Shown here: piece by piece, positions 41,401 to 56,400 of the stretch
Position numbering within the stretch: the first letter of the stretch is position 1
Layout: every line of letters begins with the position of its first letter
Origin: Orbicella franksi
Taxonomy: Eukaryota
Assembly (NCBI GenBank): GCA_964199315.1
Contig: OZ116707.1
Location: forward strand, 22,816,001 to 22,880,000
DNA: 64,000 nt
Direction: 5' to 3'
Notes under the pieces: generated by a model
The model's input: the letters and a program-made list of their open reading frames with translations, nothing else
Database searches by the model: none
What the model was told of the DNA's origin: nothing
Translations under genes and position numbers: made by a program

Positions 41401-44400
41401 GGAGAAAGACGCAAAGACATCAATGATCATCGCAGTTAGTTAAACAGCTGACAGGCATCCGCAATTCGATTGAATATATGAAAGATCATATATTTGAATC
41501 ATCGTAGTTGTGTACATAACTGCGATGATCATTCATGTCTTTATATGCGCAATTCACCGGGGTAAGAGAGGTTAAAATAATTATTCATCAAATTAAATTT
41601 CCACTGGCTAAAGGTGATGAACATGGCGGCCATACTCAAGCTAATAGGTCGACGGAGGCATGCAGCCAAGGTTTACAGCGTACATTTTGATATTGAATAT
41701 TCATGTTATAGTCAACTGACACCTGTCAAAACAAGGTATCCGCTGACCAGTATAACATGACTTTATCGCGGGCTCAGGTTTAGAGCTCATTGAGGCCACG
41801 TGATTTCTTGAAGTTGACCGTTGACCAAGATAGGATATTTTATTGAAATAGGAGCTCCGCTTTTACCCTTGGCTGATTCTACATATTAGAGGGAATTTGG
41901 AATTATTTAGAAATTAACCCGCACAGTTGATCAAAGGGAGCTCAGATAGTGTGCTAAACTGACATTTCATTCTAGCAAACAGAACGTTGCGAAGTGTTTG
42001 GTTTTATTGGTAAGAGCAGGCTTGTTGAACTCAGCGGAAAAAGAAAAAAAAGATAATAATTCAACAATTCAATGGAAGCTAAACCCTAGATTTACCTGGT
42101 AAGTTGGAGCAGTCTGGCTTTCCTCGAACTTTGGTACCACTATACACATGGCCGTCCTTGTCACTGCACCAACAGAATCCAGATGAGGGGTGACACTGTA
42201 CTAGTTCATATTTACCGTCCGTTGTACATTCAGGGACGAAGAGTCCGGGCACTGCAATATCATGCCAGCCTAAGGCGAACTGACGTTCACGGAGACAGCG
42301 AGGTAACTTGCCTATTAAAGTGAGCATAACTTTAATAAAAGCAGAAGCTGCTGTAATGACAGTTAAATGGTAGACGGGTCAGAAATTAAACGCTTTCTCA
42401 AGAAGACCGTTACAGCTTATCTCTAGAAGGAAAACTCCAAATTTCGAGTCGTGTTCGCGTAAATCGATCGATGTTCTTCCGGTTAATGCCTAACAAAACA
42501 ATAACAACAATATCAACCTACCGTCTTGGAAACAGAGGGGTGGGCTTCCTCTTTTGCGCGTTCCGCGTATTTCTTTCCCGTTTTTATCAACGCACCAGCA
42601 GTACCCAGTTGAACCATGACATTGAAGTCCTTTGTACTCTCCAGTCCGCTTGCATTCTGGTACGAAACGGCCGGGAGGAGGTACGATGTCGAGACCGTAA
42701 GCCTCAAGACGGTCTTTCAAACAAGGGGTCAGACCAGCTGCCAATTTAAAGAGGCGTTAAAACGTTGTTCGAAGGCTCTAGGTAGTAGGCTTTATTGTCT
42801 GTTATACACTCAATGATAAACACAGCATCCGGAGCGGGGAACTCGTTTATTGACACAGGATACAGTGAGCGTTACATCATCATAAAGAAAATATAGCGGT
42901 GAGTAGACAGAAAAAAATAACAGGCAAAATTGACAGAGATGCCTTCGAGTGGCTCTTGTATAAGTTACAAAATCTTAAATTGCCTTCCAGGCCCATAGGG
43001 ACACGAATCATACATAATGAACATACTCCAGTGTAATTAGCAAAACGATAAAAAACTTGACTTAAAAAACTCAAGATAGCACGAGTTTAGTTAATTTAGG
43101 CTTCATGTGTCTGACTTCATATCCAAAGGCAATGCTTTTGTTGTCAAGAAGCCACTTGTTCCATTGTAATCATGCACCAATAACAACAAAAAACAAGAAC
43201 ATCAGTAACAACAACAACAACAACAACTACGAAAATAACGAGAACACCAGAACAGTTTGTATCTTACCGGTATGATCACACAGGGGCCTGCCGCCTTTCC
43301 TTGTTCCCCGCCACTCTTTGCCATTCTGGTCAACACACCAGCAGTATCCAGTTGAAGGGTGACATTGGACATTCTCATATGAATTATCCTTTGAACACGT
43401 CGGGATATAGCTGCCAAATGGGCGCACTCCTTGGGAGAGATCCATTCTCTTTCTCTGACACAGAGTTAACTTGGAATCTGCTGTTCACAAAGAAATATGA
43501 TATGAAATAAAGTACATAAACTGGCTTGGTTTGTTTGATTGTTTGTTTTTGCCATTTATAGATAAATTTACAAAATATCAATCTGTAATTAAGGTATGGA
43601 AGCCCAGGGAAGCCTATAACGCATACGTAAAGGACAACCAAAAAGATACCTGTGGGTTAACAAAAGAATAAAAAAGCTGTCATCGGCACACAAAATGATC
43701 ATAATTTAGCATAAAACAAGCTGCGCAAAAGACAACAACAAAAAAAGGGGAAAAAAGCACACACAAGCACACCAAGAGAAGTAAAATACACTTATACCAA
43801 AAACGGTTACTTAAGTTTAGAGATGAACTCAGCAATACTAGAGGCATTTTGAATTTCGGTCCAGAGAGATATAAATAATTTGGGGCCTTGAAAGCAGCAT
43901 GCGAATTTCTTTACATTTGTCCTACAGTATGGCAATCGAAAGTAGTTCTTAGTTCTGGTATTTATGTGCGTCACAGTTAATTAAAAACATTGGAACTTTC
44001 AGGAACAATGTAAAATGAAACCTGGACTACTAACCAGTATCATTGCAGTCTGGAGTTCCGCCCGTCTGCCTTGTACCGTAAAGCTCATTGCCGTACTTGT
44101 CCACACACCAGCATTGTCCCAGGGCATCATGACACTGAACTGGTTGATAACCTCCATCGTCACTACACTTTGGTATGTATTCGCCATTTGAAGGCAGAAC
44201 ATTTAATGCCAGTGATCGGGCTCTGTCCAGCAGGCAGCGAGTTGGTTTATTTCCTTCGAGAAATTCGTCGTCTGTGGACGGTCATATCAGAAAAGAACAA
44301 AAATGTATTTCATGATTATATTACAAGGAACCCAATCTTCTAGTAATAGCCCACTCTACTAAAAACCAGAGGCACCTATGGTTTACGTACGCTTGCATCG

Positions 44401-47400
44401 GTGGCAGAAGCCCCTTACTACAAGGATTCGAGGGAAAGCTCGCAGTGTGTACATTCGTCATGTGCACGACAATATAATTTTATTATAAACTATGTTGACG
44501 TCTTCTTATGTTGATGTTTTCACGTAATTTTGTGTCTTTTCAAGCAAAGTTAAGTGAAGAGTCCATTTACTCTGTTAAAAACAACACAGTTGCCAAAATT
44601 AGGTCGTTAAATAATTAAATGAACCTTTGGAACGGTCTCACAATTGACTTAGGGCTCAGATATCCCAACAAATACCTAGAATACCCCTTTTTCCTACCTG
44701 GGCATGAAACAGGTTTTCCTTTTTCATTTCGCGTTCCAAGTATTTCTTTTCCGTTTTTATCTACACACCAGCACGGGCCTTCTAACCGTAAGCACTGGAC
44801 AGGACTGTAAGACCCGTCAGGTTTACATTCAGGCACAAAGACGCCCTCCTTTGGTTTGTTGTCCCAACCTAGAGCGCGGCGCCGCTCTTTTTGACACATC
44901 GACGGTGGTGCTGCAAGCGAAAAATCAAGGTCTAACATTATTCGGAAGCTCTGTTTTGTTGAAAGGACATGGAGGTACATGTATAGTGTTATCATGTTTG
45001 TTAACAAGTAAACGATGATTAGCCTGCTTTTGGTCGGTGTTTTGGGAACAAAACAAACATTATATAGTATATAGTCATGTTTTACAGCTATAAAGGCACA
45101 TTCGGTTTTAGCCTTCCCTATATTTGATGTTTACAACATTTAGTTGCATTTACGGGCTATAAATAGAACAACCAAGAGCTGTCCAAATCACTACCTGTTC
45201 TGGAGTGTGCAAGGTGTTCCGACTCCCATCAGCAAGAAATGACCTTAAATAGTCTCGTTAAGCCTTATCTAGACTGGCCAGAGAGTACGCAAGAGCAGCA
45301 ATAGCAAGCAAGCCATTATAAAATCGTTTCTTACCAGTTTTGGGGACACATGATGCTTTTCCTGAGACCCGCGTTCCTACTAATTCTTTCCCATCACTGT
45401 CTACGCACCAACATGTTTCGTTACGAACCCCAAACTCAAGACACTGCATTTCTTCATATGATCCATCGACTTTGCAGCGTGGTTTAAAACGTCCTTTTAT
45501 AACCTGGTTGGTATATCCCAGAGCCCTTCGCAGCTCTTTTAGGCACGGTGATAGATTCGCTGGTGATATAAAAAGAGAATGCCAATGTAATAGGTGCCTA
45601 GTCAGTAATAGTCAGTCAGTCAGTCAGTCAGTCAGTCAGTCAATCAAACAATCAATCAGTAAGACNNNNNNNNNNNNNNNNNNNNNNNNNNNNNNNNNNN
45701 NNNNNNNNNNNNNNNNNNNNNNNNNNNNNNNNNNNNNNNNNNNNNNNNNNNNNNNNNNNNNNNNNNNNNNNNNNNNNNNNNNNNNNNNNNNNNNNNNNNN
45801 NNNNNNNNNNNNNNNNNNNNNNNNNNNNNNNNNNNNNNNNNNNNNNNNNTTTATTTATAGAGGGTAAAAGTGCAGTGAATATTTACGTCCAGTAAACATC
45901 TTAAGTTAAAAAAAACCTCGTTATTATACATTTTCACTTTTAATTTTCTTTTACCTGGCAGTATATAATAAAAAAACTATGGTCCCGTTGTGATCCGTGG
46001 AAAGTTATATGTCATAACATTTTGACAAATATTTATGTTTTAGGATCACAAAGCACTTCTTCCTTTTTTCCAAAGAATTTTAGAAAAACTCGTGAAAGTT
46101 CGGGAGACGTTTAACATTTATTTCACGTTCACGCAACAATGTCCACGTTTTCGAAAATACTCCACCATTAACATAACGATACTTCATCTTTCTCACTCGA
46201 AACAGTGCAAAGTCATGGAAGAGATTCCTACCTGGTGCATCACAGTATTGCTTGTTTCCCCTGACGCGTGTCCCTGGCTCCTCATCGCCCATCTTGTTTA
46301 CACACCAGCATTCTCCAACTGAGCTGTCACACTGCATTCTTTCATATCCACCAGCTGGATTACAACTTGGAATAAAGGTTTTGCTATTTCCATTCTGTTC
46401 CTGAGCTGTGCTCGCTAACTGCCGTTCTTTGATACATTTAGTTGGACCTGAATATGATATGGTAAAGTTGTGGTTTGCATCTTTGTTTTTCTAAAGTAAG
46501 TTAATATGCACAAGCAAGTTCACTTCACTACAAGGGGTGGTGGAGGCGTGGTAGGAGCCCCCTTGGATTCTAGTTCTAATAATACATATCAAAACAACTT
46601 CGGATTTAGTAGTTAGCCCTCAGTTTGTGGTTCTGGGTCTTCATGACGTTATCTCATAACACATGACGTCATTTAACATCTGTCATTTTGGATTTCATGA
46701 TTAGCAGATAAAAAAACGCTTGCAAGCCAACACGACTAAACAAGGCTAAAATAGCAGTAGGTGCAGGGCTTAGGGCGCCCGGACGCAAATCCTGGACGAG
46801 ACATCATAAGTTGGTCAAGTTTGTTGCTGGTTCTCGTCCCTGCTCCCAGGATTTAATTTCTCCGGGTTGTCCGGTTTTCTCCGCAAAACCAACACAATAG
46901 CCACTCCGTGGAGGTGATAATATTGATCAGTTTTACCCATCTTACTTTGAGGGTGTTTTGACGCCAGAGAAGGTAAATTCCCAGAGTCCGTTTTATACAT
47001 GTACCTACCCTTCTTAATACAGTTAGGAGTTCCTCTTGTAGTTGTAGTCCAAATCATAAAGCCATCCTTTGTGACGCACCAACATAGTCCGGTGCTGCCT
47101 GAGCATTGCTCTGTTCTAAAGCTTCCATTCTGCGCACAATCAGGAATGAACACTCCAGGTGGAACAAGGAAACCAGGTAGGTTGAGAACGCGGCTTCTCC
47201 AACGTTGACACGTGCTTAGTTTAGCTTGGTCGACAGGACAAACACGGTAAATACTTCATTTAGTCATCACATATTTCACTACTCTGACCTACCACACACA
47301 CACCACTGCACTGCACTGTAATGCACTACATTACCTCATATTACTTTTTCCCACGCTACATGCATGCTGGGCTTCCGTTACACTACAGTAAGATATATTA

Positions 47401-50400
47401 CACTACACGGCACTGCACTAAAATTGCTCTGCTCTGCTCTGTGATGCACTGCTTTATAATACTATGTGACGTTTTTAATAGTGCCCAGGTCAGTGTAAGA
47501 TGCGTGAAACTCTTGGAATTATGCTCATCAAAACGCTATTGCTTGACAATCGGGTTTTTAAATTAGTATAAGGAACTCATCTACTGTTTTGTAAAACAAA
47601 GCCCGATGCCATTGACTCTACCTGGTGCTTTGGAGCAATCGAGACTTAAGCCTTTCAACTTCATTGTTCCTGGAAGCTCGTATCCGTGACTGTCTACGCA
47701 CCAGCAATGAGTGGTGTTACACTGCAAAGGCTTGTAAAGACCATCGTCACCACAGGCTGGTTCATAGGGTCGGTCAGACGGGCCTCTCCAGCCGAGGTGC
47801 CGTTGACGTTCTTTCTGACACGGCGATTTGGTCACTGTTGATCAAAATTGATGCCGAAACAAAATAATTACGTTTTCTTTTTCTGAATCTTTGTCTATTA
47901 ATTAAATTATGCAGCACGGAGTGACCTAAAGTTGAGTGATTAAAAAAAGTAATAAAAATAAGCTGTCACCTGGAGAGAAAATGCAAACTGAAAACGTATT
48001 TCTCAAGGTTGTTCGAAGTTTAAAGCAATGGATTTGGAGCCACACATTAGGAGCTTTGCGAATTGTTGATATTCATCAAATAGTGTGGTGGCTTATGCGA
48101 ATTGGTGACTGCCCTAATCAGCCATATGCTTGTTAAATCTATTAAACAATAATGGGGTTCAGACAAAGTAAGTAATAAATAATAAAATCTTTATTTATCC
48201 CGATAAAAAACCGATCAGCTGAACCTAAGGGAGCAGCTAGTATAAACTGGTGATCAGCAATATAAAATACGTAAGTAATGATTGAATGACGACGACAGTT
48301 TACCTGAAGGTCTACATATGGCTCGTCCTCTGGTACGAGTTCTTGGGATCTCATATCCTCCTGCATCCACACACCAGCAGAATCCGGATGATTCGTGACA
48401 CTGTGTGCTTCTATATTCTCCATCCGTCTCGCACTCTGGTACAAAGACTCCAGGAGCTGGTCTTCCACTCCATCCCAAGTTCTGTTGTCGTTCCTTTTGG
48501 CACTTTGTTAGTCCAGCTGTAGCACATAACACATATCAATACTGCTTTCTATGTTACTTAACTGGACTGCGAACAGCGTCTCTTTAATTTAGCCAATAAA
48601 ACTATTTTTGGGACGTTAATGCCGGTGATATCTCCACAGTTGTACCATCGATTTTTTCCCTATCGTTTATAGCTAAATTAACACAGACAACCTCATATCA
48701 GTACATATTGTAGCCACTATCCGTAACTTCTCAATAACCCACAAATTACAAAGGCCATGAGGTTATCTCGGTACGCAGAGCTAGTGGTACCAAATGACAA
48801 TGCCGAATCGTTCATCCTGTATTTTGATTCACATAGCACTAACATCAATTATTACTTTATGTCAAGCTTGGTTCAAGGTACCTTATAGATTATTTCTTAC
48901 ATCTACGTGTACTTGTAGATCTCTGGTGGAGTACCTTAGTTTCAATGGGAGTTCAAGGGTTTCAAGTAAGTCAGTAGTACTTTTAAATGTTTTTTTTTAT
49001 TGTTACCTGTTACGTCGCATTGGGGCCTCCCTTTGCTGTAAACGTCTCTAGTCCTCGGAATTTCTCTTCCCAGTCTATCTACACACCAGCAACTGCCAAT
49101 TGCTTGATTGCACTGCTCGGGGATGTAACTACCAGCTTTATCACAGGCTGGGACCCATGCATTAGCAGCATCAGCATCATTTTCACATTTCGTCTTGCCA
49201 ACTAACAAGAAAGGTTACAGATCAGGAATTATGTCTATAATTTGCCATATAGTATAAATATATGTTGTCACGACAAGCAAGCCTTTAAAAACACTGATGA
49301 AAAGACACAAGCAGAAAGAAAGACAAACAGAAAGTGTACTCTTGACAGTTTATCCAAGAAGACGGGCGACAAGTTACAAGTTGCCTATGTTTGCTAAGAA
49401 CAGCTTTCTCGGAAAGAATCATTTCTTGACATCTAGGTCCTGTCTATCTAACGCTTGGCACAAAACTGAGCTATCGTAGTATGTAGCAACTGTGACAAGA
49501 GGAAAAAATGTCACTCTGATCCTACTTTTTATTAGAGTGAACAGTTGAAACTATTAAAAGTAGACTTAATTTCGATTAATGGACATTGAAATGAAAGATG
49601 GCGGGTATTGCTGAGATCAAATTAAAGTTGTCATCTCCCTCCCAATTGATACATATTTCATTAATACAAACCTTGAGTTCTACAAGAACGTCTTCCGTTT
49701 GCTCGAGTCCCCACAAGTTCATTGCCATTCTTGTCAACGCACCAGCACTGGCCAGTGGATTTATCACACTGCTCGGGGGCATAGCTACCATCTGGTCGAC
49801 ATTCTGGCATAAAAATTGCCGCTGTTTTGCCATTGATTTGCCAACCACGAGCACGTAGTAAGTCCCTCTCACAACGTGTCCCATTTCTGGCATCTAAATT
49901 AGAAAAGGAAGGGCATTGAGCAACTGTTAATTTGCTTTATGTTTAAAGTGAGATCGAGTGACAATTAAAGACATGAGATCGTTATTATCCTAGTCTTATC
50001 CCACCTCCCCCCGCCCGACGCGAGAAGAAGAAATTACTATAATGATAAGATTATAACACTTGCCCCAAAGTGGGGAAAATATCGCACGCCAACATATCGG
50101 TTAGAAACGTTTCCAACAATAATTCTTAATAACTTTCAATTTCTAGCTACTAGTATCTGGGATTAGAAAAAAGACGTTTACTGTGAGGGCAGCTTTAGGT
50201 GATAACAAAACAAGAGATTTCTTGTGATTCTCATCGTACTAACTCACATTGCTTGTCCCCATTAAATAGCAAATAAACTGATATGAAAACAGTTAAATAC
50301 CTTTATCACATGTTGGTTTCCCACGGGTGCGGGTGCGTGGCAGTTCCCTTCCGGCCTCGTCAACACACCAGCAGTATCCAGTAGACGGATGGCATTGTCT

Positions 50401-53400
50401 CTGGTTAAAACCAGCATCAGGATTGCACTGTGGAACATATACTCCAACAGTTGCCACGGTAAGCGCGCCTAGAGCTTGTTTGCGAGCCCGTGCACAAGGT
50501 GCACGGCCAACTAGGTGAGGATACACTTTGCTGCCTGGTGCTGCAGGTGGGGAAGGTCTTTGTCCTAGAAATGAGAGGACAATATTGGTATTTAAATGAT
50601 GCCACGGTGAATACTCTTCAAAACGAAGTGCAGGTCATCCATTTTACGTCGAGCAAGGGCGATGTGAATAAAAAGGAAAGGTGAAAATACAATTGGTATT
50701 GATACAATTGGAAGTTGACATACCAAACTTAGCACACTCTGCTGCTTGGCGAACACCCGCTGATCCTGCCAATACATAACCATCATAATCATCAACACAG
50801 AAGCAAACAGAGCTGAAACGGTGACATTGAAGTGACTTGTAATGACCATCATCACTTCGACATTTTGGAACAAAGGCTCCGGATGGGGGTAAACTGGAAT
50901 AACCAGTCAACTGGTGAAGATGTTTTTGACACGTGGTCAACTTTTCTGCAAAAAAGAAAAGGAAACCGATTAAGCGAAATAAAGGGTCCGGCTATTGTGA
51001 GACTACCAAAAATAGTCTATTATACTGCTGTACTACCATGTGATGCGACCTAACCAGCTATGGTAAGCGAGGATCGTCATGCAGGTAAAACATAGTGGTC
51101 TTTACCTATCTGACACCCTTAATGAAGTTGAAAATATTTTATGTAGACATACCTTTTGAACTCAAACGTAGCCTTTAAGAGTGATGTTGCTAGCTCCCGT
51201 CTCTAGTTCTCGTTGTAATGATGTTTATGGATGACTTGGTATGCAAAACCTCGATCGGGTGGTTGCTATTTGGGTACATCTACAGTTATTCTTCAAACGG
51301 ATACGTTTGCTTGCCCACGAGACAGATGGAGTGTAATTTTCTTTACCAGTCATGAGATTGGTTTCGAGTAAAATGAAAAAGAGAATTAAGAAATTAATCA
51401 TTTACCCGGTGCTTTGCAGTCAGCTTGGCCCCTTACTGTTGTGCCTGGTATAGGATTTCCATTTTCATCTGAGCACCAACAGTAGCCATATCTGTAGTCA
51501 CACTGCACGGGTTTGTAGTCTCCATTCTCATTGCACTCAGGAATAAACTGTGTAAAGTAGCCAGCATCTTGAACCTGATTAACAACGCACGCAGGCGCAG
51601 AATCTACAAGAACACAACGCAGTTGTTTAATAGGAGGCTTACCTGCTTTCATTATTGTGTTAAGCCCTTAATAGAGTCTGTTTAACATTCATTGTTGATA
51701 ATATTTTCTTGCATGTTTCTTCTGGCGTTTCGTTTTGTCAAATAAACTTTAAAGTTAATCTAACTTGTGCATTATCATGAGAAAACTTGAGTAAAAAAAA
51801 CATCTCTACCTGGTTTTGGGCATCTGATAGGGCCAGGAGATCTGGTTTGTAGGATCTCTGTTCCATTTGCATCAACACACCAACACTCATCGTTCTGTAC
51901 ACCACATTGTATGTCAAGGTACCGTCCAATAGAACTGCAACGAGGCAGATACTTGCCGAGGCTCGGTGGAGAGGAAAAGAAATCTACCTGCTGCTGTTGA
52001 CAAGGTGTGAGTGGTTGTTCTGCAAAGTCAGGTTGCGAAAATCGGCAATTAAAATGATACTTTTTGCCAAAAGGAAGATGACTTATTAGAGTATTTTCAA
52101 TAAAACAACCTTCTAACAGATGTTTTGTCTCTGTAATTATTCAAGAGTTCGGTACACCTCTAGAATACAGACAACTCTATATAGCGGGCAGTGCAATTCA
52201 CAATTTCTTCCTCTATAATAGAGAGGGTGGTAAAGGCGGGGGAGGGGGGGTTTAAGATCACGTTTCACGAAAAATAAATTGGTCCTTTCACAATTCACGG
52301 GAAATAAATTCGTCATTTCACGTTTTATGAAAAAAAATGACATTTTTTGACACGAACTTACGTAACTTATGATCTTTGAAAAGTTACGCCCAAAGTACAG
52401 CCTTGTTAGATGTTTTTATCATTCGCCCGCTTCTTCTTCTGCGCGCAGCAAAAATGGGATTATTGTCTTGTCGTGATCACGCAATATTGTTATTGTTGAC
52501 CACAAATTTAATACTTTTTCCTCATTTCAAAAAGAATAATTTTGAAAAATCACGGTTCACGGCTTCTAATGAATCACGATTCACGAGGGAAAAAACAAGC
52601 CATTTCACATTTCACGAGAAAAAAATTAGGCTATTCACGAATCACGAAAATACCCTTTACCACCCTCAATAGACACACCTTCATAATACGGACACTCTAT
52701 TTTGCCCCATTGTTTCGAGTATTATAAAGGCAGTGAACAACATTTTCTCTCTTACCACTATCTGGACAATCGGCGCCTATTATGCTACTTGCCACGGAAA
52801 GCCACATGATGCTACCAGGTCTCCTGTTTCCATTTTGATCTACGCAGAAGCAATATGGTCCACGGCACTGTATATTATCAAAGGAACCATCTGGTTTGCA
52901 TCGTGGAACATACCGGCCCATGGCTGGATACCTCCAGTACTCCTGGTACTGCCGCTGGCATAAAGTAAGGTTCTTACCTAAGGGAATGATTTTTATGAAA
53001 TGAAGTACAGCTTTATACGAAGTTAAGTAATCGGGTCGGTTAAGGTTCATCTAAGATTTGTAACCATGTTGTGCCTCTACACCTAGCAGCTGCATTTGAT
53101 CTAGGATAGTAAGGACATTGTCAATTTGGGTAACGGAATTCATCCATAGTATGGAGGGATTTGTATTTCTGTATTTTGTAGGGTTTCTGAAAAGAAACTT
53201 TTCAATACAAAAAGTCTGACAATTCTCTCTGACAACAAAGTTTTCGCCGATTGATTGCAATTTTATTAAGGAAGTAATCGACAAAAAAAAAAATCGTTGT
53301 TTTTTGGTTTGGTGTCGTTTGACTGTAGCGTTGTCTTTGTCTGTCGTTGTTAGAGTAGCACAGAAGCGAATTTTCGGCCGGTGTGGTTTTCAATGCGTGT

Positions 53401-56400
53401 CGAGAGGTAGAAATTTGGTCGAGTTGCAACAGGCACGGGGGCGTTGTTAAATCTAGACACTGACTGGTTAGTGGAAGCCCCTTAATAATCTAGGCACCAT
53501 TCCTACAGCACACGATGCACCTGTTAAATATCAATTACGTTTCAGTTAATTCCCGTTGGTCATACCTGGGGTAGCACAGTTGGGTGATCCTTCTCCAATA
53601 CTCACTCTTGTTCCGGGCAGTTCGTTACCTCTCCTGTCCACACAGTAACAGACTGATCCACGGCATTGAACATCATCATAACTCCCATCGGGTTTGCAAC
53701 GAGGAACAAATGTTCCTGGTGCTGCGTTGTTCGTTTGCTGGCGATGCTGATACTGGCACACCGTGGGCTGTAGGTCTAGAAAAGGAAATGATACTTTTTG
53801 TTTCAGTTTATGTTTATGGCAAATGAAATTTACTTGGTGAAATATTAGTTCCATTAATCACGGAAAGAAAAAGCGAGTTTTGACAGTCAGTTCCAGGTTG
53901 TCTTCAGTAAACATTGAATTGAGCCTGACTGGCCGGTCGGTTAGGAGTGTTCGTGAAACAATTAAGTATACCATCCATAAGATTTGCAACTTTTAAGTAA
54001 TGACATTTACCTGCTGTTGTGCAGTTTGGTTTAACAGGAAGCTCTGTTCGAGATTGTGCGATCTCATCTCCTCTCTCATTGACGCAGAAGCAGGCAGTTC
54101 CTTGGCATTGTATATCTTCGTAGGATCCCTCTGGAGTACAGAGAGGTTTGTAACGTCCTTGCAAATATTCTTGTTGACATCGTGTTAGATCAGTGCCTGT
54201 TTCAAATCGTACGGAGGACAAGCAAAATTTAGTCAAACGTTCATTGTAATCCAGTGGCCCTGTCAAAATCGCTGAGGTAATTTCTTTATGCACTTACCCA
54301 TTCCTGGACAGCTAACGAATTCCTGTGATCTTGTACCGCGTTGTTCCACCCCAAGGCTGTTAACACACCAACATTCTCCGGTATACTCTGAACACTGCAC
54401 ATCTTCATAGCTACCATCGTCTTTGCAGCGCGGCACAAAGCGGTCCTGACGATAAGGGGTTTTAAGAGCCTTTTCTACTTCTAGCTGACATGCCTTTGGA
54501 TCTGGTGCAACTAAAATGTCAACATGTCAATTATTGTACCAGTGCAATCTACCATTAGGGACATTAGCTTTCTAATTTGCAGACATAAATGGAAAGATAT
54601 TTCACCTGGAAATTGATCTTTTGGTGGAGCAAGAGCCGCCTTTTTGACGGCCCTCTTCAGCGGATTAACAGCATCCTGAGGAAAAACAGCCTTTGGGTCA
54701 CTTGCAATAGCCTTGAGTTCATTTGGGTCAAAGTTCTTTCCCATACCAACTGGAATAATCTCCACACCTTTCGCGATAAGACCAGCAACAGCATTAGGTA
54801 AGGGAATTTGTTTGTCGTCCTTTGTTTGGGCACTTCCAACAAATACTACCAGAACCTGTCCAAACAAGCAATACAGGTAGAACGATTAAAAAACCTGCCA
54901 GTTAGTACAGACACAAAGACTAAAAATGTGATCGATATTTTACAAGAAGCCTTGATGTGCTAGTTCCAAACGCTCGCGGTCGCCTTGTCATTTTTATCGA
55001 TGATTAACTGGGGTCGGGAAGGAGTGCATATACCCATACCAATAGGGAATAACTCTGATCATTAAAGTCAGGTAATTTTCATCTTCACTAAGGAACTTAG
55101 GAACACGAGTGTGCAACACTTGTGTTTTCATTAGATTTGATTTAGTTCCTCAATTCCAAATTAACATAGTACAAACAGAAACATAACGTACCCGATAACT
55201 CTTGCTTTTTCGATCAAATGAGTAGTAATTAATGCCTGAATGAAGCTGCTTGCCATTACAACTTAATTAACCAGAGGTAAGGTTTTCTATTCCTTTTCTT
55301 ACCTTGGAGACATCAATACTTCCCCCTTTGGGGCTAAACAAATCAGAATCCACTGTTTGCAATCCCTGGCCAAGTCTTGCGGCACCCTGGTCATGAGGAG
55401 TTCTGTCAAGTAATTGTTTGACTGCCTCAGGTGTACGATTTCGTCCATCAAGAGGATTGTTGAAAGTGAAAAGAACTCTACTGTTTGGGCTGTAGGTTGC
55501 GGCGCCAACACGGGCAAGCCCGTCGCTGATGTTAAAGGTGTCAGCAATTTGTTTTGCAATTTCAATTTGGGCAAGAAAATCTGGGTGACTGATCTGTCCT
55601 GAGCCATCGAAAACGAAGCCAAGTTCTACTGGTACACTGGTGGTATCTCCTGAAAGAGACAAGTAAACCCAAAGTAGGTTAAACGCAATACTTGTGCAGC
55701 TACAAACGGCAAAATAACATGGATGATTTAACTCAGTTGTATAAAGCCGGAAATGCATAAGGTATGCATGCTCTTTATACGGAGAATCGCAAAAACAGAG
55801 CCTGATAAATTCATTCAGGATACTTGGAATTAAAGGAATGATGGTGGTGGGAATGTCATTAACAGACGTGTGTTATACCTGGTTTGTCGCAATTTGGAGC
55901 TCCAGGTTGTCTTGTGTTCGTGATTTCCTTTCCATTTGCATCAACACACCAACACATTGGCCCACCACTTTGGCACTGTGTATTATTGTAACTTCCATCT
56001 GGTTTGCACTGAGGAACATAGGCACCTAGTGGAGCATTGCCTGTTGGGCCGAGAACCTGTTGCCTATGTGCTTGGCATGGCGTGTACCAAACTAGAGGGA
56101 TTGTGGCAAAGCAAAATAATTAAATGTTATTAATTTGTTACTCTTAGTTAATTGATTAGGCCCATATGATAAGAGAACACCCGGAGATCATGAAGATCGC
56201 GTTTAACAGTTCATAGCGTGTAACTGACTTCCAGGAACAGGTTCTTAATAAACGTAAATCCAAGAAGTAATGCGAATAGACTGGCCTACTATTACTGTGT
56301 CGGAGTTAAACTACAGAATCCGACCTTTTCTCTAGGTTAAGCGGGACTTGAAGGAGAAACAACGGAAGATGTTACATCATAAGTTTATTAGCTTACCCGG

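Noticed and set aside
47290-47460. Degenerate (CACTA/CACTG)n tract with a His/Cys-rich ORF
   Set aside because: Low-complexity pentamer repeat with no splice signals.
53051-53284. Minus-strand ORF as an extra exon
   Set aside because: No TY or VWA pattern and no convincing phase-1 splice pair.
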